Counted from the stretch's first letter, positions 1 through 9,879 are shown. The stretch: 37,239 nt of DNA from a virus (IMGVR_UViG_3300029448_000142:1-37239), one strand, 5' to 3'. Program-made: numbers and translations. The notes: generated by a model from the letters alone, not told the origin.

Positions 1-130
1 GCCATTGTTACGTCTCGACCTAATCTTTGTAGGTCAGGTTCTGCCATGTCACCAAAGTAATGTGTCGTTAACAATGATGATTGTAAAGTAGGTTTTACCA
101 TCGTAGTCATTACAGTCTTCTCCTTGTGTT
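1..130. repeat. Terminal overlap, copy 1 (identical to 37110..37239 except c53/t37162); indicates circular/permuted closure
   Basis: Direct comparison of both ends. The TAA of ORF 110..343 overlaps the ATG at 110 (=37219) of the next gene across the junction. Confidence 0.95.
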
Positions 131-343
131 GTATAGCCAATCTGCACACTGGACTCTTTCTATCCTAGTCTCAGTCAGTAACTCTTTGCATCGCTTGGCT
201 TGTTGTTGCTTATGAAGCTTGACGTTATATATGTCACCATCTTCAAGATTCACGTAATAGTTAGTAGCTGTTGTAGTCTGGTTAGTATCATTGTTTCGAG
301 ACTTGGTTAACTGCAGCTTCTCTCTCCAAGTTAATATCATCAA
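110..343 (-). CDS. hypothetical phage protein
   Basis: ORF packed in operon; stop overlaps the next start (TAATG). Confidence 0.6.
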   Translation of the reverse strand: MMILTWREKLQLTKSRNNDTNQTTTATNYYVNLEDGDIYNVKLHKQQQAKRCKELLTETRIERVQCADWLYNTRRRL

Positions 344-349
344 GACACC

Positions 350-559
350 TCACTCGTCACAATTGGGACAACTAATGTGTTGTCTCCACTCTTCATTAGT
401 TACACCAGTAATCAAGTACTCACGGTCCTCAGGACTGAGGTCTGGACACACGTCTTGTATCAGCTCACCGTTTGCATGACGTATCAGTTGCTCTTGGGTT
501 ACATCGATTTCTCTTTGGTGAGTAACGCCAGTCAATGAGGAAACTTTAGTCACTCTCAT
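350..559 (-). CDS. conserved small phage protein
   Basis: Likely start MRVTKVSSLTG (ATGA overlap with exonuclease stop); LIQD.CPDL...REYLITG...EEW pattern familiar from phage hypotheticals. Confidence 0.65.
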   Translation of the reverse strand: MRVTKVSSLTGVTHQREIDVTQEQLIRHANGELIQDVCPDLSPEDREYLITGVTNEEWRQHISCPNCDE

Positions 560-1314
560 CGTCCCGGCTCCCACAAGTTGATAGTCTCTGTGTCCCAGTT
601 CCAATCGACAGACCTAAGTATCCTGGCACAGCGACTCTGGACAATTGCATACTCCCTAGTCAGCCCTGCTTTGATGTATGCCTGAGCTACTTGGTCCCAA
701 CTTGGATGGTTGCCTAAGATACCTTCAGCTTTCTTGGGACCAATGCCAGGGATACCGTTGTATCCATCTGTAGCATCACCTGTAAGACACTGGGTCAGAA
801 AGTAATAGTCAGCTTCTGCATCTTTGATTTGCAGTAGCTCATTAGCCATTGGTCTATAGAGTTTGCCAGGGATAGTCTTCATGTCTTTATCATCAGACAC
901 GATGCATGTAGGGTGAGTCTTTGCAGACTGAAGAATACCCATGATGTCATCAGCCTCTAAAGTGTCCTGGACATGACACATGAAGTTGTCTTTGGCCCAC
1001 TCTATCAAGTGTTTGTAACCTACTGGCTTTCTGACTTTCTTGCGTCCACCTTTGTAGTCAGGTAACACAGTCTTTCTAAAGTTCTCACCTTCGGTAAAAC
1101 AGATGAGCATCTTGTCTGCTTGTAGACGTTCACAGAATGCCTGTAGTCGACTTGTAAACATGCGTTTAGCTGCACCTACATCACATGTTAAAGACCATAC
1201 CTCGTCCCCCCAGTCAGTTTCGTCTTCACATGCTGCAGCTGCCTGATAGAGATACAAGTCACCATCAATAAGTAACGTGGTATCTTCGCTAGAGAAGCTC
1301 TTTAATACGTTCAT
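556..1314 (-). CDS. 5'-3' exonuclease (T7 gp6-like)
   Basis: LLIDGDL, NFRK..LPDYKGGR, LEADDIMGI, SDDKDM, LTGDATDGYNGIPGIGPKKA motifs; GGAGG before ATG 1314 (track start 1335). Confidence 0.92.
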   Translation of the reverse strand: MNVLKSFSSEDTTLLIDGDLYLYQAAAACEDETDWGDEVWSLTCDVGAAKRMFTSRLQAFCERLQADKMLICFTEGENFRKTVLPDYKGGRKKVRKPVGYKHLIEWAKDNFMCHVQDTLEADDIMGILQSAKTHPTCIVSDDKDMKTIPGKLYRPMANELLQIKDAEADYYFLTQCLTGDATDGYNGIPGIGPKKAEGILGNHPSWDQVAQAYIKAGLTREYAIVQSRCARILRSVDWNWDTETINLWEPGR

Positions 1315-1555
1315 CGATGCCCTCCATAAACTCAAAGCCTTCTTCGGTTATCATCCACTTCTTGCCAAATGTCTCATCTTCAATCTGTGTTGTGATAAGA
1401 CCTGAGCTGGCACAGACAGCTACATACCAAGCACCGTTACGTGCAAAGTTACTTTTAACTGTGAAGGGTTCTCTAGCTGCTTTGTCTAGGACTAACCAAA
1501 ATGATACGAGTTGTTCAACGTCATCGTTGAAATCAATAGATTCAGTGTGTGTCAC
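1289..1555 (-). CDS. T7 gp5.7-like protein (putative host RNA polymerase inhibitor)
   Basis: KSNFARNGAWYVAVCASSGLITT...WMITEEGFEFM resembles T7 gp5.7 (QSNYVRNNASLVAEAASRGHIS...WEITASGTRFL); same position between polymerase and exonuclease; start uncertain (GTG 1555 vs track 1660). Confidence 0.7.
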   Translation of the reverse strand: MTHTESIDFNDDVEQLVSFWLVLDKAAREPFTVKSNFARNGAWYVAVCASSGLITTQIEDETFGKKWMITEEGFEFMEGIDERIKELL

Positions 1556-3323
1556 ACCAAGTGAGTCCCACGGCATAATCTGCTTCGATTGGGAGTTTGC
1601 TGGTGATTCCGAAATGAGTTCCTGCTTCTTCCGCCATTCCTCTAAGTATGTTACCGACATTGTGTGCTACCTCTTCAGTTCGACATGCAATCTGCAGTTC
1701 GTCATGTACCCATGCCAAGATGAGTGCATCGTTCTGTAGTTGTTGTCGTGTTATCTCCTTGTCGACCAGGGCTAACCACTTCTTACACAGAAGGGCTCCT
1801 GCTGACTGGAGAAGTTGTGAAAGGCATTTATGCTCTGACCTTACGAACAGCTTTCTGCCGTCCAAACCTTTGAGGTATCCGCGCTTATATGCTTGTGAAA
1901 GTTCATTCTTTAATGATTTAAAACTAGGAATATTCTTATCAAACTCTGACTTAAGTCTCTTACCGTCTTTGGCATTACCACCGACTAACTTACCAATGAG
2001 AGCGTCACCACCCCCATAAGTAGTTGCATAGATGAATGTCTTAGCTGCATCTCTTGTAGGTAAACCTGCTGCCTTCTGATTGAAGGTATGAATGTCTCCA
2101 TCCATGATTTGTTTGGCATACTCACCGCCATCATCAAGAAAGTAAGCAAGACACCTAAGTTCCAACTGAGACAAGTCACCACCACATAGGTGCCAACCTT
2201 TGGGCACAGTGAACAACTCTCTCATAGGTTTACCATAGGCTGCCTTAGCAGACACAGTCTGTGCTACGTTAGGATTACGATGGCTGGCTCTACCTGACAC
2301 AGTGCCACCAGAGACTATGGTATGTCTTAGCTTACCGTCTTTGTCTACCATCTTAAGCCATGCCTGGCTACCCTCAGCCAACTGAGCGATTCTCTTTTGC
2401 ACTAACATGAACTTCGCTAGTTTCTTAGCCTCAGGATATGGCAGCTGAGACAACACAGTCTCGTCTACCTTGGCCTCACCACTGGGGGTGAATGACTTAG
2501 GTTTCCAACCGTACTTTTGTACAAGACAATAGTGGATATGCTTACGACTGTTGGGATTAAACTCAACGACCTTGACCTTCGTAAAAGGCTCTCCTTTGAC
2601 GTATCCACGAGTTTTATTATTAGCCCTAGGGATGAACTCAGTGTGTACCTCCCAAGGCTCAAACAGCTCGTTAAGCTCCTTCTCCAGCTCTATCCGGGTC
2701 GTTGCTAACTCAGCGTACAAATGCTCCGCTGCTTTGATGTCAAAGGTCCAACCATTGTTACCAACTCTGTAACAAATCTCAGCTAACTCATGTTCTAACT
2801 CAAGTGACTCTTCAGAGAAACCTTTGGCCATCTTCATGAGCTTTTTGTATAACTCATAGGTAACTGTTACGTCTTGCTGACAGTACTCAAGCATCTCAGG
2901 GTTACACTCTTCCCAGCCTCCTTCATAGTCACCTTTCATGGTTCCCATTCGCAGACCCCAAGCCTTGAGTGCATGGCTGCCATACATTCTCTTCTTAAAG
3001 TCTTCAGGTAGACCGACAGATGTTGCATCGTCATTAATAAGGTCTGCAGCAACCAGTCGACTGATGACAAGTGTATCTGTGATTTTGCCAGTTGGTTTCC
3101 AGTGTGGATAAACTTTTTGTAATGCAGGTATGTCGAACCCAATGATGTTGTGACCTATGATTTCTGCAGCATCTCTTAGTAAGACAAGAGCCTCAGTGAT
3201 GCCTTCTGTTCCATGGTAAATCTTAGGTCCTTCATTGGTTGTTGTATCTTGGATTGCGATACAGTGGATGGTGTCTAACTCCTGAAGTAATCCATTGCTC
3301 TCCAGGTCAAACACTAGACTCAT
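1542..3323 (-). CDS. DNA polymerase, family A (T7 gp5-like) with 3'-5' exonuclease domain
   Basis: FDLESNG and GHNIIGFD exo motifs; motif A DLSQLELR, motif B RDAAKTFIYATTYG, motif C VHDELQ. Confidence 0.96.
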   Translation of the reverse strand: MSLVFDLESNGLLQELDTIHCIAIQDTTTNEGPKIYHGTEGITEALVLLRDAAEIIGHNIIGFDIPALQKVYPHWKPTGKITDTLVISRLVAADLINDDATSVGLPEDFKKRMYGSHALKAWGLRMGTMKGDYEGGWEECNPEMLEYCQQDVTVTYELYKKLMKMAKGFSEESLELEHELAEICYRVGNNGWTFDIKAAEHLYAELATTRIELEKELNELFEPWEVHTEFIPRANNKTRGYVKGEPFTKVKVVEFNPNSRKHIHYCLVQKYGWKPKSFTPSGEAKVDETVLSQLPYPEAKKLAKFMLVQKRIAQLAEGSQAWLKMVDKDGKLRHTIVSGGTVSGRASHRNPNVAQTVSAKAAYGKPMRELFTVPKGWHLCGGDLSQLELRCLAYFLDDGGEYAKQIMDGDIHTFNQKAAGLPTRDAAKTFIYATTYGGGDALIGKLVGGNAKDGKRLKSEFDKNIPSFKSLKNELSQAYKRGYLKGLDGRKLFVRSEHKCLSQLLQSAGALLCKKWLALVDKEITRQQLQNDALILAWVHDELQIACRTEEVAHNVGNILRGMAEEAGTHFGITSKLPIEADYAVGLTWCDTH

Positions 3324-3571
3324 ACAGCCATTTCAATTTGAGTAACGTAATCATTGACGTTAGTGTTTTTTAAGTGCCAACGACCAATAACAGCTTTCTT
3401 TCCTTCACGGTTCTTAACTTTGATGTCCTCTCGAACAATGTCAAAGCCTTGGCTCTTTAAACTGTGTATATGTGCTGAAATTCTAGTGATTCCCCAGAAC
3501 CTAAATGCATCTAAACTGGTGATACTGTTGCCTTCCTGTAGAAAGGAAAGGACTTTATCTTCTTGTGACAT
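3320..3571 (-). CDS. small winged helix-turn-helix protein (HTH_39-like)
   Basis: QEDKVLSFLQEGNSITSLDA...GITRISAHIHSLKSQGFDI pattern; AGGAG RBS. Confidence 0.75.
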   Translation of the reverse strand: MSQEDKVLSFLQEGNSITSLDAFRFWGITRISAHIHSLKSQGFDIVREDIKVKNREGKKAVIGRWHLKNTNVNDYVTQIEMAV

Positions 3572-3595
3572 TGTATGTCTCCTTATGTGTCGATT

Positions 3596-4357
3596 TTAAA
3601 ATTTAAGAAGTAGCTCTTCTTGTTTCCACTCACAAGTAAAGCCACAATCTGTGGGCACATCGGTTTTAAAAGTGCCTCTATCAGGGTCTAGTACATCAAG
3701 GTAAACAGGTCCGTTTTTATCCTTGTTGACAGCGTGTCCAAGCTTGCGTTCTAACTTTGCCATCTTGTTAAATGCCTCTGGAAAGTCGACTCGTATTTTG
3801 TTCCAGTAGCCCATACCGCCTTTGACACAACCGACACAGTTGTTGTTGTTGTAACCTAATTGATACATCACAGGAATTTCAATTCCCAAATCTCCAACAA
3901 ACTCTAAACAATTTTTCTTGGTGTACCCTTTGTTGAACAGGATAAAATCGGCTTCCACTGTGTTGTTTGCATCAAGAAACCTATTTACTCTGTTCTCTTC
4001 TTCTACTGTGTAACCAAACACTTGAATGTCGTTGTGTTTCTCGTAAGCCTTTCGTACATTCTTTTTAAGAACCATCGTACAAGGTGCCCCAAGGGGCCCT
4101 TTGATAAACTTTCTCTCTTCGAATACTTTATAAATAGAGCAATCTCTCTCAGCATCACCTATAACCTTGATTGGGAGCCTACATTCCATTTCATACTCTT
4201 TAAGAAATCTAAGACTGTCCTCATGCTCTTCCTGTACTCGACAGTAAACAGCCTCAAAAGGATGGTCTTTGTATTTATCTCTGGCAAGATAAGTAGCAAA
4301 CGCACTAGCTGCCCCACAGCTAAACCATGAAACAACTCGCTGAGAGTCATAAGTCAT
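3596..4357 (-). CDS. PAPS-reductase-like / adenine nucleotide alpha-hydrolase family protein
   Basis: PP-loop-like SWFSCGAAS; PCTMVLKK; GYTVEEENR; NNNCVGCVKGG; C-terminal CGFTCE; AGGAG RBS. Confidence 0.7.
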   Translation of the reverse strand: MTYDSQRVVSWFSCGAASAFATYLARDKYKDHPFEAVYCRVQEEHEDSLRFLKEYEMECRLPIKVIGDAERDCSIYKVFEERKFIKGPLGAPCTMVLKKNVRKAYEKHNDIQVFGYTVEEENRVNRFLDANNTVEADFILFNKGYTKKNCLEFVGDLGIEIPVMYQLGYNNNNCVGCVKGGMGYWNKIRVDFPEAFNKMAKLERKLGHAVNKDKNGPVYLDVLDPDRGTFKTDVPTDCGFTCEWKQEELLLKF

Positions 4358-4369
4358 AATAAATTACTC

Positions 4370-5983
4370 CTAAAAACGAGAATCATCAGAATCGGCATCG
4401 ATTAACCGTCCTGATTCGCGGTTGTACTTCAGTCTTCCTGCCCATCCAACTTGACCAGTAAAACGGTTCTTTAAGACCACAAGCTCCCTGGTGTCATCTG
4501 TTGGGTCCTCAGCGTTCACTTGAAGACCAATACAAAAGTCAGCAAGTTGTGCAATGGAGTGGGAGCCTCGTAACTGAGAGAGTTTTACCTTGGCACCGTT
4601 CTCATGACCATCGCCTTGAGGACGAGTAAGATGACTAACTAAAAACAGAGTGATTTGTAACTCTTGCACCATCGTTCTCAATCGAGTCATTGCGTCATCT
4701 ATCAATCTGCGTTCATCTGACACTTTTCCAGTCATCGAACTAACAACAATAGATAAGTGGTCTAAAAACACATGTGTGCATCCCATAGCTTTCACCATGT
4801 ATTGGATGCGGTTGATGACGATATCTAAGTCAGTACTACCAAAGTGATTAAAAAGCTGAATGTCCTGTAGCTTGAACAAATCATCATGAGCCCATAAAAC
4901 TTCTTCTTTTGATGCAGCCTCATGGTCTTGAACAATGTTTTTGTTTAAATACAGCCCAATCAGACCCCTAACAGTTCGCTTGTTTTCCTCCTCAAGCATT
5001 AACATTCCAACCTTTTGTTTGTGCATATGAAGGTGCAATGCAAACTCAGTAATTAACGTAGATTTACCCACGCCACTCCCGGCACATATCGTCACCAAAG
5101 TAGACGGACGAATGCCTCTTGTTAGCTCGTTAAGTTTTGAGTAGGGGTAGGTAACTAAGGAGTGTTCATCAGTCTCAGTAATGATGTCTCGCAGTTCTGT
5201 TGTAGAGACAATACCATCAGGTCTCCAGTCCTTCGCCCTCCATATGGCATTGACTATCTCAGCCTCACCACCTGCCTGTAGAGCCTCGTTAGGGTCTTTG
5301 TAACCACTAAGCTTTGCTATCTTACATTTGCCTATAGGAAGGCTCTCAGCACACTCTAATGCAGCCTTTTGCCCTGCTTCGTCTGAGTCAAACATCAAGA
5401 TGATTTCTTCAAAGCCATCTAGGAAGTCCCAGGCCTTCAGGAGAGCTTTCTTAGCTGATTGCGCTCCATTTGGGACCGATACTACAGGCCACTTGTTGTG
5501 TTGAGCCTGGGACACTGAGAGAGCATCTATGGCCCCTTCTGTAACCACTAGCTTCCTACCTGTAGTCCACAAGTGTTGACCAAAGAGACACATGTGTATT
5601 GCATCGCCTAAGACAGTGAAGTTTTTGTCTTGGTCTCTTGTCTTTTGAACTCTGATTTCACCGTTGTCATCGCGATAGTTTTCAATCTGTACTGGTCTTC
5701 CTTGGTACTCTCCGACTTGATAGTCATACTTGCGACATGTGTCTTCACGGATGCCTCTAGCAACTAGGTCAGCGTAGTCTCCTTGGATTAAATCTTTGTG
5801 TAGTTTCTTTGGTTTCGTGGATGCAACAACTTCTACGTCATCAACTGGCGTAAACAATTGGCACCCGAAACAATAGGTATGGCCATCGTCATAGATAGCA
5901 GCGTTATCCTTTGAGCCACAACTCTCGCAACTCACATGCATTACAAATGCAGACTCATTGTGAGTCTCTTGGATTGATAACAT
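4370..5983 (-). CDS. DNA primase/helicase (T7 gp4-like)
   Basis: Zn ribbon CESC...CFGC, TOPRIM TEGAIDAL and FDSDEAG, Walker A GSGVGKST, FLDHLSI, LRGSHSIAQLAD, KNRFTG; GAGG before ATG 5983. Confidence 0.96.
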   Translation of the reverse strand: MLSIQETHNESAFVMHVSCESCGSKDNAAIYDDGHTYCFGCQLFTPVDDVEVVASTKPKKLHKDLIQGDYADLVARGIREDTCRKYDYQVGEYQGRPVQIENYRDDNGEIRVQKTRDQDKNFTVLGDAIHMCLFGQHLWTTGRKLVVTEGAIDALSVSQAQHNKWPVVSVPNGAQSAKKALLKAWDFLDGFEEIILMFDSDEAGQKAALECAESLPIGKCKIAKLSGYKDPNEALQAGGEAEIVNAIWRAKDWRPDGIVSTTELRDIITETDEHSLVTYPYSKLNELTRGIRPSTLVTICAGSGVGKSTLITEFALHLHMHKQKVGMLMLEEENKRTVRGLIGLYLNKNIVQDHEAASKEEVLWAHDDLFKLQDIQLFNHFGSTDLDIVINRIQYMVKAMGCTHVFLDHLSIVVSSMTGKVSDERRLIDDAMTRLRTMVQELQITLFLVSHLTRPQGDGHENGAKVKLSQLRGSHSIAQLADFCIGLQVNAEDPTDDTRELVVLKNRFTGQVGWAGRLKYNRESGRLIDADSDDSRF

Positions 5984-6000
5984 TTGATTTCCCTCAAACA

Positions 6001-6036
6001 AAAAAAGGGCCACCCCCATTTCTGAGGATGACCCTT
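6001..6036 (-). terminator. putative intrinsic terminator between endonuclease and primase
   Basis: Minus strand AGGGTCATCCTCA-GAAA-TGGGGGTGGCCCT followed by a T run. Confidence 0.65.
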
Positions 6037-6048
6037 AGCTCTCCTTAA

Positions 6049-6489
6049 CTACTCTCGTAGCCACTCATCAGGAATCGTTTTGTGGGCATAGACAAACCCC
6101 TGCTTATCACAGAAGGATGCATATGTCGTTTTCGACCCCTTGTAGAGTTTGGTATTGCAATTACTAAATACAAACCTAATGTCAATCTCTGGGTGCTGCT
6201 TGCGAATTAAGACGTGCTTCTGTCTATCCTTCACGTTCCAGATACCTTTTGTCTCAACATAAAAAAAGCCACCGTCTTTCTTGGGCAGCTTAAAGTCTGG
6301 AGTGTACTTGTGATTGCTTTCGGGTATTACATAGAGAATCTTGTCGGTCTCATAAATAACCTTAAGACCTGCAGCTTTTATCTGACATGCTGCTGTGTCT
6401 TCAAGACCACTTCGATAACCATGCTTGATACCGCGTTGTCGTTTAGAAGCGGTCTGCCGACTGCGCTTCTTCCGTTGTCTCTGGGGCAT
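6049..6489 (-). CDS. endonuclease I / Holliday junction resolvase (T7 gp3-like)
   Basis: YRSGLE, YTPDF, YVETKG, DRQKH, HPEIDIRFVF, IPDEWL. Confidence 0.95.
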   Translation of the reverse strand: MPQRQRKKRSRQTASKRQRGIKHGYRSGLEDTAACQIKAAGLKVIYETDKILYVIPESNHKYTPDFKLPKKDGGFFYVETKGIWNVKDRQKHVLIRKQHPEIDIRFVFSNCNTKLYKGSKTTYASFCDKQGFVYAHKTIPDEWLRE

Positions 6490-6997
6490 CGAAAGTATCC
6501 TGTAGTATGTCATCTGCTACAAAACCGCCCTCAACGGAATCAAACCCATCACCGTTAGTCTCACCACTGGACACAGGGTCAATAACCTGGACCTTGGTTA
6601 ACTGTAAGGTGATGCCCTTAGAACCACTGACACTGTAAGGTGCAATATATCCTCCGACCTTAATCACTGATCCACCCCAAATCTTTGGGACCTGTTCTCC
6701 AACTAGGTTTTGACCGTTAGAGTCAAAGAAGTTGGGTACATATTTACTTTTAGTAATAAACACAGTTTCACCAGTGTCTTCATCACTCTTAAATGGCATA
6801 CGAGCTTTTTGCCAATCTTTACCAAACTCAGTCTCTGCGACCTTCTCTATAATCTTAACTAGGGCAGAAGCATTGTCTGCAATAAGATTAGTCTTGTACT
6901 TTGGCTCATTACCAAAGGCAGTGTCAGGCTGGTTCAACCATGGATACTGGGCGCGACCTTTGCCGCTGGTGAATTTAACTCGATTAGTCTGAGCCAT
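6443..6997 (-). CDS. ssb: single-stranded DNA-binding protein (T7 gp2.5-like)
   Basis: AQYPWLNQPD, IWGGS, GITLQL..VQVI; acidic tail ending in F; position between RNAP and endonuclease. Confidence 0.88.
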   Translation of the reverse strand: MAQTNRVKFTSGKGRAQYPWLNQPDTAFGNEPKYKTNLIADNASALVKIIEKVAETEFGKDWQKARMPFKSDEDTGETVFITKSKYVPNFFDSNGQNLVGEQVPKIWGGSVIKVGGYIAPYSVSGSKGITLQLTKVQVIDPVSSGETNGDGFDSVEGGFVADDILQDTFDAPETTEEAQSADRF

Positions 6998-7084
6998 TAG
7001 TTTCTCCTTTTGTTTAAGTTTTAGTGTTTACAATTGATAATAGAAAACGCACTCCCAGGGTTACTGGGAGGTCACGATTTAGGT

Positions 7085-7117
7085 TGACGATTGTTCTCTA
7101 ATAGGTGGACACAACTA
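7085..7117 (-). promoter_or_regulatory. putative phage RNAP promoter upstream of SSB
   Basis: 33-bp sequence identical to 9847..9879 (minus: TAGTTGTGTCCACCTATTAGAGAACAATCGTCA). Confidence 0.75.
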
Positions 7118-7128
7118 GTGCCCAGGTG

Positions 7129-9831
7129 CTAACTAAAGCAATACTCTGACTCTATGACTTGCTCTAGGTTGAGGTTGCCCTTAGGTGGAATCTCTAAGTC
7201 ATCTAACTTTTTGATACCTTCGTCAGACAATTGTTTCTTAGCCTGCTTCCAGAACTCAGAGTAAAGACAATAGTCTGAGTACATGTCAGCAAAAGTATGA
7301 CGGACAGACTCATACATCACTTCGCTCTCTGCAGGTGTTGTTCCAAAAGAGTCATGAATCAAAAAGAAGTTAGTCACTCCTTGTTTCTTAGCGTCTAACA
7401 CAGTCTTCAACAAGTGAGATGAATCCATCGAGTGGATGACGTTAGGTGCTATAGAGCTTTTAGATTTCTTCTTGTCTACCTTTGACTTAGGACTCTTGGA
7501 CCTGAAGGTTGCTTGAGTCCTTTTGTTAATACCTGCTTCTCTGTCAAACAAAAAGATTTTTACCTTCTTAACATCCCAGTGGGTATACCGCTGACACATT
7601 GGAAACCCTATAGGATTGTCAAAGCGTAGGTGTTTACCTTCGTGAGCTAAGGCACCTGCAACCTTCTGAAAGAAAGACATACCACCTGCTGCACTACTGA
7701 TGACTTGCTTAACTGACGCATAGTTAATCGTAGCTAAGAATCTAGCAGCCTGACTATGAGACCAAGTGTCTTCACCAAAAGGATGTACAAAGGGTTTACC
7801 AGTGGTTCCATCAAGTTCTTTCTTGATGACCTTGTCAGACAGCTTCTTCATGATGTCTTCAATGAGCTGGTCACCAAATCCCCAGGCATCACTAGAGTAA
7901 CCATAGGTCATGGTGTTTCTTTTTACAGTGCTACGGTCTACTCCATAGGCTAACCATTGTTTCGCAAAGATAATCCTGGAGGCCCTTACTTGTTGTACCG
8001 TCTTGATGACCTTGCCGCTCTTGTCTTTGATTTCCTTTAGGTAAGGTTCTTCAAAGGATGGGTCAGCAATTTGCTTCAGACGTGCATTAGTTACTTTTGC
8101 TACTGCAGCATAAACATCCTGAGGTTTATCACTGGGCATCAAGTTAACCAGGGCACCATCGTCTTCATTAAGTGATGCTGCAGCATAGTGCTGTACACCA
8201 CTATTAGTTCCATCCAAAGAACACGGTAGTCCACACATGTAGTCCTCACCGACTACTCGACAATCCATGTAGTTAGCATACTCATGACATGCTGCAAGGA
8301 ACTGAAACGGTTTGTCAGCTTTAGACCAAATCTTGAAGGTACCTATGAAGTCTCGACCAATGGCATAAACAAGGCGTTCTCTTCGTTGAACAAACGCCAC
8401 TCTAGTATCTAAGGACTTCTTGCTTAACTTGTTGATGTCCCAAACATTGGCAATGTGCATAGACAACCAATACACAGAGTCATCACTAGCAACTATGGTC
8501 TTATCGTGGAGTAAAAACAAAGACTTGATACCGTCATCCCGGTGGTAACTAAAGTTAGGCACTGGATACACACGGCATCTGAAGTCCTGATTCCAACCTA
8601 TGAAGAAATGCGTGTACAAAGACATTTCATCAGCATCAGCCATGTCTTGAGTCATCAAAGACACTGCACCGTCTATCTCTCGATTCTTTGTCTCTATCTC
8701 TTTTTCAACTGTAGTGATTGACTTTTTGTCCTCTACTGACATAGAGCTAAAGTCATCAGGTCTCTTTGGTTTAACAATCTTTGTCTTAGACGGAAACTTA
8801 GGTATTGGTGCATCAGTCTCCCAAGCCCACTTGACTGCCTCTAAAGTGTACTGATTGATTTCTAGAGGTGTCTCTTGTAGTGCATTGAGTGCTTGGACAT
8901 AGCCAGGTAACTCCTTACCGTCTTTCAACTGATACTCTATGGCCTTCTTTTGTACATAGGATGCCTTGCGAACTAACGGTACTTGCTTACAGGCTCTTTC
9001 TGTAAAGTAACAACCAGTGTCAAACTTAGTCCATGGTTTCGGTGGTACGACCAATGGTCTAAACATAGGCTCTTGCCAAGACACAAGATAATCCATGTCT
9101 GCTATTTGGTCCCTGGCACTTTCGGTTAGACCAATCATCTTCCTAAAGTCTGAATACTTTGGGCCTTCTCTCTTGTCCCAACCCTCAAAGACACCACTTG
9201 CCTTCAAGACAGCACTAAGTATCAAGGCTCCTACTTTAATGTGTCTTTCGCAAAGGTCCTTGTCTTGACCATTGACCTTCATGGTGATGTCTTTAGGACC
9301 CCAGTCTTCCTTCACATAGTCTTTCTTAGAAGCCATAGCCTTAGCTGCTTTGACCTTAAAGAAATCTACAGCTTCGTCTTTAGTAACCTTAGTCTCTATA
9401 GACTTTGCTAACTGATTGTCAAACTCTTTCAGACCATCGAACCACTGCTGTAGTTCTACCTTCTTACCAATCATATTCAATATGCTAGTCCTACAGCCAT
9501 TAGTCGCTACAGCTTCGTAACATACAGCAAGACCAATGTAAGCAGCTACATCTGTGTCTATAGCCTTTAGGTCTTTATAACCACAGTGTTTACGACCGTC
9601 ACCCTTGTTCTCTTGGGTAGTAAGGTAGTCCTGTAGTTCTGTAGAGACTCTTGGTAAAGCCTCAGTTATGAGCTTGTGAGGATTATTCTGAGTGGATAAC
9701 TTAGAGTTCCCTTTAAGCCTGTTAAGATATCTTTGTCTTCCATCGTCAAACATCTTGTTTTCACGTTCTACCTGTATAGCGTGTGTACCTTGGACCTGTG
9801 TAGCGTGTGTACCGTTGATTAACTCCTTCAT
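7129..9831 (-). CDS. single-subunit DNA-directed RNA polymerase (T7 gp1-like)
   Basis: PLVVPPKPW, DFRCRVYP, KPFQFLA, LDGTNSGVQH, RSTVKRNTMTYGY, APNVIHSMDSSH, IHDSFGT; start probably MKELING at 9831 (track 9876 lies inside the promoter motif). Confidence 0.97.
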   Translation of the reverse strand: MKELINGTHATQVQGTHAIQVERENKMFDDGRQRYLNRLKGNSKLSTQNNPHKLITEALPRVSTELQDYLTTQENKGDGRKHCGYKDLKAIDTDVAAYIGLAVCYEAVATNGCRTSILNMIGKKVELQQWFDGLKEFDNQLAKSIETKVTKDEAVDFFKVKAAKAMASKKDYVKEDWGPKDITMKVNGQDKDLCERHIKVGALILSAVLKASGVFEGWDKREGPKYSDFRKMIGLTESARDQIADMDYLVSWQEPMFRPLVVPPKPWTKFDTGCYFTERACKQVPLVRKASYVQKKAIEYQLKDGKELPGYVQALNALQETPLEINQYTLEAVKWAWETDAPIPKFPSKTKIVKPKRPDDFSSMSVEDKKSITTVEKEIETKNREIDGAVSLMTQDMADADEMSLYTHFFIGWNQDFRCRVYPVPNFSYHRDDGIKSLFLLHDKTIVASDDSVYWLSMHIANVWDINKLSKKSLDTRVAFVQRRERLVYAIGRDFIGTFKIWSKADKPFQFLAACHEYANYMDCRVVGEDYMCGLPCSLDGTNSGVQHYAAASLNEDDGALVNLMPSDKPQDVYAAVAKVTNARLKQIADPSFEEPYLKEIKDKSGKVIKTVQQVRASRIIFAKQWLAYGVDRSTVKRNTMTYGYSSDAWGFGDQLIEDIMKKLSDKVIKKELDGTTGKPFVHPFGEDTWSHSQAARFLATINYASVKQVISSAAGGMSFFQKVAGALAHEGKHLRFDNPIGFPMCQRYTHWDVKKVKIFLFDREAGINKRTQATFRSKSPKSKVDKKKSKSSIAPNVIHSMDSSHLLKTVLDAKKQGVTNFFLIHDSFGTTPAESEVMYESVRHTFADMYSDYCLYSEFWKQAKKQLSDEGIKKLDDLEIPPKGNLNLEQVIESEYCFS

Positions 9832-9846
9832 ACTCCTTGTCTCCCA

Positions 9847-9879
9847 TGACGATTGTTCTCTAATAGGTGGACACAACTA
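9847..9879 (-). promoter_or_regulatory. putative phage RNAP promoter upstream of the RNAP gene
   Basis: Identical to 7085..7117. Confidence 0.75.

Noticed and set aside
9770-9813. 20-nt near-tandem duplication at the RNAP N-terminus (GTHATQVQGTHAIQV)
   Set aside because: Real, but in frame in a variable N-terminus; no evidence of function
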